The notes under the pieces: generated by a model
Told to the model about the DNA's origin: nothing
The model's database searches: none
The model's input: the letters and a program-made list of their open reading frames with translations, nothing else
In this document: one piece after another, positions 1-8,052 of the stretch
How the letters are laid out: every line of letters begins with the position of its first letter
Numbering within the stretch: the stretch's first letter is position 1
Program-made: the position numbers and the translations under genes
NCBI GenBank assembly: GCA_964606185.1
Contig: CAZSGR010000002.1
Span: 1-43,393, forward strand
Direction of reading: 5' to 3'
DNA length: 43,393 bases
Source of the DNA: an uncultured Eubacteriales bacterium
GTDB lineage: Bacteria; Acidobacteriota; Aminicenantia; Aminicenantales; Aminicenantaceae

Positions 1-321
1 CGATGTATTATGTCGTGCTCAAACAGTCCTCGGGCCCGACTCCGTCGGGTTCCCTCGATGTCGACTCGGGAAGGCTAAATCTTCCGATGTCGCTTCATCC
101 ATCCCTGAATACTCTTCTGAGTTACTAAATTGAGTCTTACCCACACAAAATGGAAGAGAGCCGATTGAATAGACGGCTTGACAAAAAAAGATGAATATGG
201 ATTGAAAAAAGTGGCCAACGACAGAAAGGATTTTTTGAGAACTCGATTTAAAGTTATTTTAACTCGCTTTTATATTCTTCGGTCTCTCTAGGCCAACGGA
301 GAAATATTTCCTAACAAATTT

Positions 322-364
322 TTGACATTGGATTTTTCCTGCGGTATTCACTAGTGGTGAATAC
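322..364 (+). promoter_or_regulatory. candidate promoter (TTGACA-17-TATTCA) overlapped by an 8-5-8 palindrome GTATTCAC-tagtg-GTGAATAC
   Basis: TTGACA at 322-327, 17-nt spacer, TATTCA at 345-350. Inverted repeat arms at 344-351 and 357-364. About 100 nt upstream of the 458 CDS. Confidence 0.3.
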
Positions 365-457
365 AAGGGGAAATGAAGAAGTCATCATTCTTTATGAAAA
401 AATACTTTAAAAAAGTTGTGAAAAGTATAAGATAAATAAAGAAAGGAAGGGAAACTC

Positions 458-760
458 ATGGGAAAATCATCTCAAAAAAACATATCTGATTTGATAAACG
501 AATGCTATCGTCAGCGAAGTGAGAGAGAGGTAATCTCTTCTCTTGAGGAATTATTAAAGAAAACGAAAAGTGGCATGGTTTCCTATGAGCTTGGACATGA
601 GCATGAAAAAATTGGCAAGACAAATGAAGCCATAAAATATTATGAGAGGGCTGAATCACTGTTCGAGCAGACAAATTATAAAAATATGGCAAGAGCCGCC
701 ATTAATAATTTAATCATCGAGGATCTCATCGCTGGAAAAAATAAGCAGAAGACAAAGTAA
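458..760 (+). CDS. small hypothetical helical protein with one TPR-like motif
   Basis: 100-aa ORF. ATG is preceded by the purine tract GGAAGGGA. K/E-rich; GKTNEAIKYYERAESLF resembles a single TPR. No family recognised. Confidence 0.5.
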   Translation: MGKSSQKNISDLINECYRQRSEREVISSLEELLKKTKSGMVSYELGHEHEKIGKTNEAIKYYERAESLFEQTNYKNMARAAINNLIIEDLIAGKNKQKTK

Positions 761-985
761 GACTTTTCGATAGATTCCTGCCATTGATACTTCAAGAAAG
801 GTGGAGAGTTGCGCTTAAGCCATGAGTGGAAAAACTGCGAATTCATGCACAAGATGAATATGAGAGTACGCAGATACAGAAGAACTATGAAAGAGCATTT
901 GAGGCTTGGCCAGGCGAGCTGAAAGGGCAGAAGAAGTCAGAGAGCAAAAAAATCTGATTCCTGTGTTAATGCGGGAGATTTTCAG

Positions 986-1153
986 CTATGTGATGTATGT
1001 TATTTGCGATACGTATGTGATTTCATAATCCGCACTGTTGTTCATTTTTATCAAATCAACGGCTGTCGGTGAAACGAGCAGGTTAAAACCTATGAAGGCA
1101 AATAGCGCCGCTATTAACAAGATGATGACTTTTTCTTTTATATTTGTTTTCAT
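986..1153 (-). CDS. 55-aa small membrane or secreted protein (below the 60-aa cutoff of the ORF track)
   Basis: Minus-strand ATG at 1153-1151 with AAGGAG 7 nt upstream. MKTNIKEKVIILLIAALFAFIGFNLLV has one N-terminal hydrophobic helix. TAG stop at 988-986. Confidence 0.4.
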   Translation of the reverse strand: MKTNIKEKVIILLIAALFAFIGFNLLVSPTAVDLIKMNNSADYEITYVSQITYIT

Positions 1154-1414
1154 TTAATTCTCCTTTATTCTTTTCTTCTATATGTATATACGCTTCCAAC
1201 GCCAAAAAAGTTGCTGATTTCCCCATGTGATTCCAAAATTTTCTTGTGCGGAACCTTGAACAAGCGGAATCAAATCTTTCAATACTCACGCTGTCCGGCA
1301 CAAATTGCTGGAGCAAAGCAGGGGAGCACAGCCGTCTTTTTTCCCTTGATTTGGAGGATGGGAATCATTAATATAAGGGCAGCTTGAAAATTCGAAAGAA
1401 ATGGAGTGATTCGA

Positions 1415-1606
1415 ATGAAGTATTCAATGAAATGTCCATTGTGCAACCAGTCTATGACCATTGATGCAGAAAATGATGAGGCTGCCGTTGACGCATTCTT
1501 TGAGGAAGGCAAAAATCACATGAAAGAGCATCATCCCAATGTTCCCTCAATGCCAGAACAGCAGATGCAGGCCATGATACGCTTCGGCATGAAAAAAGAA
1601 GAATAA
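1415..1606 (+). CDS. small Cys/His protein, DUF1059-like
   Basis: 63 aa from ATG 1415, with GGAG about 8 nt upstream; the track start at 1406 is GTG. MKCPLCNQSMTIDAENDEAAVDAFFEEGKNHMKEHHP resembles DUF1059 small proteins by eye. Confidence 0.5.
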   Translation: MKYSMKCPLCNQSMTIDAENDEAAVDAFFEEGKNHMKEHHPNVPSMPEQQMQAMIRFGMKKEE

Positions 1607-1738
1607 CTTAGTTTTTACCAAATGATTTGAGGCTGTTCCTTGAAGGGTTGCGAAGCTCCTGTGGATTGAAAAAACATTGTTTTTCTGGTAGAGTGAAAAA
1701 AAATTCCGTGTTTACGGATTTCTAGTTTTTTTGGGAGA

Positions 1739-2257
1739 ATGGAGATGAAGCCTTTTATGAAAAGTATCTTCAAAATCATATTTATATTCATTTTAGCCGC
1801 AGCTCTGGTCGTCCTCGGGTTTTTCGTCAGTAAGTTTAACCTGGATAAATGGAGACCCGCTAAACTAGTGGAACAAATTCCCTTTGGTGAAGTTATCGAA
1901 GTCGCCGGATATGAAGATGCGGAATTCTATAATGCGAAGAATGAATTTATCGGGGCTGAGATAAAAATAAGGGTGGAGTTTGTGTCTAGAATCGAACCGG
2001 CCGCAAAGCTGCCTGCAGATTATAAAGAGGGAATTCGAAAAGCGTACAGTAAGATAGACATTGTTGTCAAAGATATCCAGAGCAAGGAGGGCCTGGAAAA
2101 AATGAAGCTAGCTCTGGATGAGATTAAATATCTCAAACTGATTGAGACCGCGGATATCACCGCAGAGTATGTTGAGCGCAAGATTGATGGGAAAAGGGTG
2201 AAAAGCCTGGCAAAGATATTTGCGAGGCCAGAGAATTACAATTTTGTGAAATACTAG
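1739..2257 (+). CDS. membrane-anchored hypothetical protein
   Basis: 172-aa ORF. N-terminal hydrophobic helix IFKIIFIFILAAALVVLGFFV. GGGAG at 1733-1737 fits the second ATG (1745) better than 1739. No family recognised. Confidence 0.6.
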   Translation: MEMKPFMKSIFKIIFIFILAAALVVLGFFVSKFNLDKWRPAKLVEQIPFGEVIEVAGYEDAEFYNAKNEFIGAEIKIRVEFVSRIEPAAKLPADYKEGIRKAYSKIDIVVKDIQSKEGLEKMKLALDEIKYLKLIETADITAEYVERKIDGKRVKSLAKIFARPENYNFVKY

Positions 2258-2439
2258 AGAATTTTCTTATATTGACTCCGTTCTTTACGACCGCAATTAT
2301 TCCCGCTTTAGACATCTTCCATTAGCCAAGGAAGGTTTTCACAGAGACAAACAAAGGAGGAGTGGTCTATCCCATATCCAGGGTACCTTTGATATATGAG
2401 TTAATGTGGGGAAGACGGGGATGGAATGGTTGAGTAAAT

Positions 2440-4479
2440 TTACGGTGATTTCCTTGTGGCTTTCTTTTGAAATGTTCTGCTTCTTGAAATTCTTTCCTTG
2501 GCTCTTTCATAAAAATAAGCGGATTCAACAAGAGCGTTGGCCGCATCTTTGAAGTCCTTGTTTTTAAAAGCGGAGCGCGCCTGTTGTTCTTTCCTGGAGG
2601 CCATCTGGTAAAGAGATTTTTCTTCTGTGGGGGCGTTCATCCTGTCTGCTTCAATTCTTAAATTTTCAACCATTTTTTGGAGGATTTGCACGCATTCTGC
2701 TGGCTTATACTCTTGTTGAGCTTGACCAAACATCTTCCCCGCAATTGAATAGAATATTCTTGCTCTTGGATAATCGCCTTTCTCGTAAGCATCGTCTGCA
2801 TAAGTGCCTGTATGAGATGCTGTCTGGAACAGCAGGTTTTCCTTCATGTCATGTTGCGATTCTTCTGTCTTGTTTTTCGCATTCTCCATTCCAACTTTTG
2901 CTCTATCTGCTTGCTGTTTAGCTAACTGGAGCATAGTGATTCTTCTCATCTCACCCTGAGCTTCTGAAAAGCTTTGTCGTGCTTTTTGCGGATTTCCCTG
3001 TTCTCTATATTGAGTTCCCTCAGCAAATTTCTTCATGGCCGAGTCCCAACTGTCTTTGAGGGGGCCTTCGGGAGGGATTGCTTTTCTGGCTTCCCGCATG
3101 GATCGAGTAAAATCTTTTATATTTTCAACTGGCTTCCCTGAGTAATATTTTACATATTCGCTGCCGAAACCTAATAATAGATCCAGTACCATTTTTTCCT
3201 CAGCGCTTGATTTTTTATAATATTCGCTTTGTTTAATTCTTTCCGCAGAAAGTTCCTGTTTCTCCAGGGCTGCGGCTAATTGTTGAATGGCAATGATAAG
3301 TTCAGGACTTCCGATTATCTCTAAATCCGGGGAGACTGGTGCAGGTGGTGGTGGTGGTGCAGACAGGGATTCAGCTTTTTGCTCTGTCGGAGTCGTTTTG
3401 ACTATGATTTGTTGTTTAGATTCTGTTTCCGCAGATTTCTTCTCAGGCGTTTCTTTTCCAGTTGGCTTTGATCCTTCTTTGACCGCGGCGGAGATCGTCG
3501 ATTTTATCATTTCACGAAAGTCTTTATCCTTGAACATGACGTATGACATAATGGCACTCACAACGATCAGCACGACGATGATAATAGTGCCGTAGCGGAG
3601 CAATTCTCTGAGAAAGCCCCCGTGGGCCCTCTTTTCCTTCGGAGTTTTTTTGGCTTTTTGGGGCTTCGGCGCCTTTTTTTCTTTTATTGCCTGGATGACC
3701 TCTGTGGTGCTCTGGAAGCGATCTTCAGGAAGATTCTGGAGGCATTTATCCACGATCAGATCCCATTTTTTCGGAAATTCTGGGTTTATTTCTGAAGGGA
3801 GACTGAATCGGCCCTCCGGTTTTCTCCCGGTGAGCATGGAGTATATGATCACTCCGACTGCAAAGATGTCAGTCCGAAAGTCAACGGGCTTGCCTGCTTT
3901 TTGCTCGGGGCTCATGAAGTCATAGGTTCCAAGGATGACTCCTTCCGCCGTTAGCGTCACTCTTTTAGTGGCCGTTTTCGGATCTCCTCCAAGGATTTTC
4001 ACTAAACCGAAATCCGCGACCTTTGCCGTCCCGTCTCTATCCAGGAGAATATTAGCCGGCTTGATATCCCGGTGGATGATCCCTCTCTCGTGGGCAGTCT
4101 CTAGGGCACTTAAAATATCGAGCGCGATGTGTTCGACTATGTTCTCGGGGATTTTACCACCGTGCTCTCTCATGAGTTGGTGGAGGTTTTTGGGCGCTCC
4201 TGTCTCTGATTCGACATACTCCATCACGAGGTAGTATGTTGTCTCTTCATAGCTCATGTTGACGACTTTGACAATGTGGGGATGGTTGAGCTCAGCCATC
4301 ACACGGGCTTCATTGTGGAAACGTTCAACCAGTTGAGGATCCTCAGAAAAAGCCTGGGGAAGGACTTTGAGGGCATACTTCTTCAAAAGCCTTTGGTGTT
4401 CTGCAAGATAGACAACTCCCATTCCTCCTCTGCCGAGTTCTTTGATGATTTTGTATTCGCCGAGCGTGCTGATTGTCAT
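2440..4479 (-). CDS. Hanks-type Ser/Thr protein kinase with TM helix, Pro-rich linker and extracytoplasmic helical-repeat domain
   Basis: GRGGMGVVY glycine loop, ALK lysine, HRDIKPANILL, DFG and SPEQ motifs. TM IIIVVLIVVSAIMSYVMF. PPPPPAP linker. C-terminal roughly 300 aa helical, with three TPR-like repeats. Confidence 0.9.
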   Translation of the reverse strand: MTISTLGEYKIIKELGRGGMGVVYLAEHQRLLKKYALKVLPQAFSEDPQLVERFHNEARVMAELNHPHIVKVVNMSYEETTYYLVMEYVESETGAPKNLHQLMREHGGKIPENIVEHIALDILSALETAHERGIIHRDIKPANILLDRDGTAKVADFGLVKILGGDPKTATKRVTLTAEGVILGTYDFMSPEQKAGKPVDFRTDIFAVGVIIYSMLTGRKPEGRFSLPSEINPEFPKKWDLIVDKCLQNLPEDRFQSTTEVIQAIKEKKAPKPQKAKKTPKEKRAHGGFLRELLRYGTIIIVVLIVVSAIMSYVMFKDKDFREMIKSTISAAVKEGSKPTGKETPEKKSAETESKQQIIVKTTPTEQKAESLSAPPPPPAPVSPDLEIIGSPELIIAIQQLAAALEKQELSAERIKQSEYYKKSSAEEKMVLDLLLGFGSEYVKYYSGKPVENIKDFTRSMREARKAIPPEGPLKDSWDSAMKKFAEGTQYREQGNPQKARQSFSEAQGEMRRITMLQLAKQQADRAKVGMENAKNKTEESQHDMKENLLFQTASHTGTYADDAYEKGDYPRARIFYSIAGKMFGQAQQEYKPAECVQILQKMVENLRIEADRMNAPTEEKSLYQMASRKEQQARSAFKNKDFKDAANALVESAYFYERAKERISRSRTFQKKATRKSP

Positions 4480-4825
4480 CTATCTTTCTCTATTTTTGTA
4501 CCCTGAGGTTGTTCATTCCTTCCATTTTAATCATATTACTCTCCGTTGTAAATAGTAAGGGGCGTTCTCGCAGACCTCTTGCTTTTAATGCTCATTCTAT
4601 TCGTTTTTCTCCTCACATCGCCAAATTTTAATCTATATATTGAGCAAAATAAATAGCCTTTCTCCTTAATACGATCCTTGCCTATTAAAGTTGTTGCTCA
4701 TTAGTTAGACACTTAATGAGTTTGAAACCCTAGGGGGATTCTCGCCATTTGGCTCTTTTCTCCTTAATTGTTATTCTTTCGCAAACCAAAATGGGTGTAA
4801 TACGTATGATTATAGAGAAACGGAG

Positions 4826-5233
4826 ATGAGTATGCAGAGGACTCAATTTGTTTTGGTTGTAATCGTGGTGTTTCTGGCCTCTTGCTTAACCGGACCACCG
4901 GTTCAGCGACAACCTCTTCCTCTATTACCCAGGTCTTCTCCGGAGTCAACTCATCTGGAGTTGGAAGTCATCCTTAATGTCAATAATGTAGGGAAAGTTG
5001 AGGTGAAACGGTTAAATAATGAGTTGATTTTAACCACATTTCGGAAGGGTCAGGGAGGGATGAGAGTCAACCTGTTCAGTGACTACACACGAGTTCTCAT
5101 TCAAAGTTATGTTTATGATGTGGCCAAAGTGAAGTTGGAGGATTTTAAAATATACGTTGTGACAATTGCGGCTGAGGAAAATGTGGGTATGGTCACATTC
5201 CAGTTGAAGGAAGGCGAGCTCTTTATCAGGTGA
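4826..5233 (+). CDS. hypothetical lipoprotein
   Basis: 135 aa. Signal peptide with lipobox-like FLASC. GGAGA upstream of the ATG. No family recognised. Confidence 0.6.
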   Translation: MSMQRTQFVLVVIVVFLASCLTGPPVQRQPLPLLPRSSPESTHLELEVILNVNNVGKVEVKRLNNELILTTFRKGQGGMRVNLFSDYTRVLIQSYVYDVAKVKLEDFKIYVVTIAAEENVGMVTFQLKEGELFIR

Positions 5234-5376
5234 TTTCGTCAACTACTCCTCGAATTCTCAAAGAGGGCCAATAATTCAACTGGTTTCTCTTCCGATTATT
5301 TCCTGTGCAAATCTCAATCTGATACTTTTTCCTTTTGACTTAATTATTTTCCTGCACTATAAAATAAGGCATAAAA

Positions 5377-5853
5377 ATGATTATATTGATCATTTTAGGC
5401 GTTATCTGTTTGATCATCGGGATCATCGGCTGTGTCATTCCGGGTCTAGCCGGCCCTCCTTTTAGTTTTCTGGCTTTAATACTGCTATCCATTGCTAAGC
5501 GGTGGGAACCGTTCAGTCCAGCATTTCTCATCGGGATGGCAGTTGTGACCATCATCGTGACAGCCCTGGATTTCATAATCCCGGCTGCAGGCGCCAAGAA
5601 ATATGGGGCGTCAAAATACGGTTTCTGGGGAGCCATCATCGGGATGATTGTCGGGATTGTCTACCTTCCCCCCCTGGGAATGATCATCGGTGCATTTATC
5701 GGAGCCTTCGTCGGAGAGCTGCTAATAGGAAAACAGAGTTCTGCAGCCTTAAAGGCGGGCTGGGGCGTGTTTATTGGTGTTATGTTCGGGATTCTCTTGA
5801 AATTGATCGCATCGGGTGTCATGACGTTTTATTTTATAAAAGCACTTTTTTAG
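5377..5853 (+). CDS. DUF456 family membrane protein
   Basis: 158 aa, four Gly-rich hydrophobic helices. GCVIPGLAGPP and GAKKYGASKYG motifs are typical of DUF456/YqgC-like proteins. Confidence 0.75.
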   Translation: MIILIILGVICLIIGIIGCVIPGLAGPPFSFLALILLSIAKRWEPFSPAFLIGMAVVTIIVTALDFIIPAAGAKKYGASKYGFWGAIIGMIVGIVYLPPLGMIIGAFIGAFVGELLIGKQSSAALKAGWGVFIGVMFGILLKLIASGVMTFYFIKALF

Positions 5854-5900
5854 TCGTGCTTATTTGTGGTAAGAGTATGGAAGGAAAGATTATGCTTTAT

Positions 5901-6176
5901 GAGATTGCCACGCTGCGCTCGCAATGACACAATAAAAAATGTCATTGCGAACAGAGTGAAGCAATCTCGTAAAAGCAAATGCATTTTTTGCATATGGGAT
6001 TACCGCACTTTGTCCGCAATGACAATAAGGTTGAGATTGCCACACTTTGTCCGCAGTGACACAAGGATGAGGTTGCCACGTCGCTCCGCTCCTCGCAATG
6101 ACAGGAGAGGTGAGATTGCAGCACTTGCCTCGCAATGACAAATGAATTAGATTGCACTATAAAGATCACAATGACG
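5901..6176. repeat. tandem array of 7 REP-like palindromic units (family A; 28-35 nt, GAGATTGCC-N-GCAATGACA or its reverse complement)
   Basis: Units at 5901-5929, 5941-5968 (inverted), 5996-6024, 6033-6061, 6069-6103, 6112-6140 and 6148-6176 (degenerate). Spacers are 7-27 nt. Intergenic. Confidence 0.85.
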
Positions 6177-6207
6177 TTTTTAGAACATATTATTCAAAGG
6201 AGGGACT

Positions 6208-7740
6208 ATGAAGAATAAAGGATTTAAGTCTGGTGTTTTGACATGTTTGCTTGGTGTTATCCTGGTATTCGGATTATCTGTTCAGTCGGTTGCAGCTCAA
6301 AAAGTTGCGAAAGAAAAGAAATTTGTCCTTGAGTGGCTGAGCCAACCGCAAATAGTGGAAAAGTTCGGCAGGATTTCGGATTCCATCTGGTCCTACGCTG
6401 AGCTCGGGCTTCAGGAGTATAAATCAGCAAAGCTTCTGGCGGATACACTGGAAGAAGCCGGATTCACAGTCGAACGAGGCTTAGCCGGTATGCCCACATG
6501 TTTCGTTGGCACATATGGATCCGGGAAGCCTGTGATCGGAATCCTGGGTGAATATGATGCTCTTCCCATGTTATCCCAGAAGGGAAGGGTTCCAAAGCAA
6601 GATCCTGTTATAGAAGGGGCTCCTGGACACGGCTGTGGTCATAATACAATGGGGACGGCAGGTATTTCGGCAGCTATCGCTGTCAAAGAAGCAATGGACA
6701 AATACGGGTTCAAGGGCACGATAAAGTTTTTCGGCTCCCCGGCTGAGGAAACGGTTATCAGCCGGCCGCACATGATAAGAGCCGGGTTGTTTGATGATAT
6801 CGATGCGGTGATAGACAATCACAGCAGCAGCGGATTCGGGACGAGTTATGGTCGAGGCGGGAATGCTCTCTTTTCCACTGTTTTTTCTTTCAAAGGCCGG
6901 ACATCTCATGGAGCATCTCCTTGGGGTGGACGGAGCGCCCTGGATGCAGTGGAGATCATGAACGTGGCCACAAACTTCCTCCGTGAACACCTCCTTTTCT
7001 CTTACCGGATGCATTATGTCATCTTAGAAGGGGGAGAGGCTCCCAATGTAGTGCCTGATAAAGCCAGCGTCTGGTATTATGTCAGGAACTCGGATGAGAG
7101 GCTCGAAGATATGTACGAGAGAGTAATCAATTGTGCGAAAGCCGGGGCCCTGGCGACAGGGACAGAGTTGAGCATTCGTGTGATCACTGCGATTCACCAG
7201 CGCTATGCCAATAAAGCGGCAGCAGAGCTTTTTCAAAAAAATATCGAGCTTGTTGGAATGCCCGAATGGACAGAAGAAGAGAATGCTTTCGCCAAAGCTC
7301 TTCAGAAAGAACTCGGACGACCCGAGAGAGGCATGTCGACAAGGGTGGGCCGGCTCAGAGAGCCAGGGGGTGTTTTTGTCGGAGGAGGTTCTTCTGATGT
7401 GGGTGATGTCACTCTCATCGCTCCAACAGCGACTATAAGGTTTCCTGGTCAGGTTCCTGGAACCATCGGTCATCACTGGTCTTCAGTCGCTACCAATTAC
7501 GGCACAACTGCCTGGAAAGGGCTCAATGCTGGAGCCAAGAGTATGGCTGCGTCTGCCATCGATCTTCTCACCAGGCCCAAAGAGCTTCAGAAACTGCGGG
7601 ATGAATTCGAGGCGCAGGCCAAACAGCATCCTTATAAACCATTTTTGCCCGAAGATGTGGCTCCACCTCTGGACCTGAACGAAGAATTGATGAAGAAATG
7701 GCGGGCATTGATGGAGAAATTTTACATCGAAGATAAATAG
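6208..7740 (+). CDS. exported M20-family amidohydrolase, aminobenzoyl-glutamate hydrolase subunit B (AbgB)-like
   Basis: 510 aa. Signal peptide ending VQSVAAQ. PGHGCGHN metal-binding motif and overall AbgB-like layout. AGGAGGGA RBS. Confidence 0.85.
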   Translation: MKNKGFKSGVLTCLLGVILVFGLSVQSVAAQKVAKEKKFVLEWLSQPQIVEKFGRISDSIWSYAELGLQEYKSAKLLADTLEEAGFTVERGLAGMPTCFVGTYGSGKPVIGILGEYDALPMLSQKGRVPKQDPVIEGAPGHGCGHNTMGTAGISAAIAVKEAMDKYGFKGTIKFFGSPAEETVISRPHMIRAGLFDDIDAVIDNHSSSGFGTSYGRGGNALFSTVFSFKGRTSHGASPWGGRSALDAVEIMNVATNFLREHLLFSYRMHYVILEGGEAPNVVPDKASVWYYVRNSDERLEDMYERVINCAKAGALATGTELSIRVITAIHQRYANKAAAELFQKNIELVGMPEWTEEENAFAKALQKELGRPERGMSTRVGRLREPGGVFVGGGSSDVGDVTLIAPTATIRFPGQVPGTIGHHWSSVATNYGTTAWKGLNAGAKSMAASAIDLLTRPKELQKLRDEFEAQAKQHPYKPFLPEDVAPPLDLNEELMKKWRALMEKFYIEDK

Positions 7741-7751
7741 AGAGGCCAAAA

Positions 7752-7976
7752 ATGCCCAATATTACGATTGAAGGCCCTCCGATTAAAGATCTGGATATCA
7801 AAAGGAATCTTGTCAAAGGACTGACTGAGGTCGCTGTTGCGGCCTATGGGCTGTCTGCACAGAAAATTCGTGTGGTGATCAAGGAGAATTTGCCTGAGAA
7901 CGTTGCTCGAGGAGGCGAACTGCTATTAGATATTAAGAAAGCGGAAGTCCAAGCGCAACGAGAAGACCAAGGATAA
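7752..7976 (+). CDS. 4-oxalocrotonate tautomerase family protein
   Basis: 74 aa. Begins MP (Pro1 after Met removal). PNITIEGPP...KRNLVKGLTEVAV...IRVVIKE is typical of the family. 11 nt after the M20 stop. Confidence 0.8.
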   Translation: MPNITIEGPPIKDLDIKRNLVKGLTEVAVAAYGLSAQKIRVVIKENLPENVARGGELLLDIKKAEVQAQREDQG

Positions 7977-8052
7977 AAAGGGAAGAAATATCCTTTTATA
8001 GGAATAAAGAAACCCTGGCCGTTCAGCCTCAAGGCAGGGAAAGGAGAATAGG

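Noticed and set aside
1-133. Left-edge sequence with the hairpin CCCGAC-tcc-GTCGGG and three recurrences of CGATGTCG. It could be a gene 3' end or a structured RNA.
   Set aside because: All three forward frames are open for only 25-44 codons and none looks clearly protein-like. I could not match it to tmRNA, RNase P, SRP or a riboswitch by eye. It needs an Rfam scan and the upstream sequence.
5866-6169. ORFs 5866-6138(+), 5890-6141(-) and 5942-6169(-), and likewise 36986-37255(-) and 36998-37291(+)
   Set aside because: They lie entirely within the family A repeat arrays. Their peptides (LPRFARND, VIASEARQSQ) are simply translations of the repeat in both orientations, and they have no RBS.
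5901-6176. Possible CRISPR array (regular ~29-nt repeats); the same question applies to 37055-37250
   Set aside because: Spacers are only 7-11 nt (one of 27-31 nt). Units flip orientation within the array and their centres vary. No cas genes are present. This behaves like REP/palindromic units, not CRISPR.
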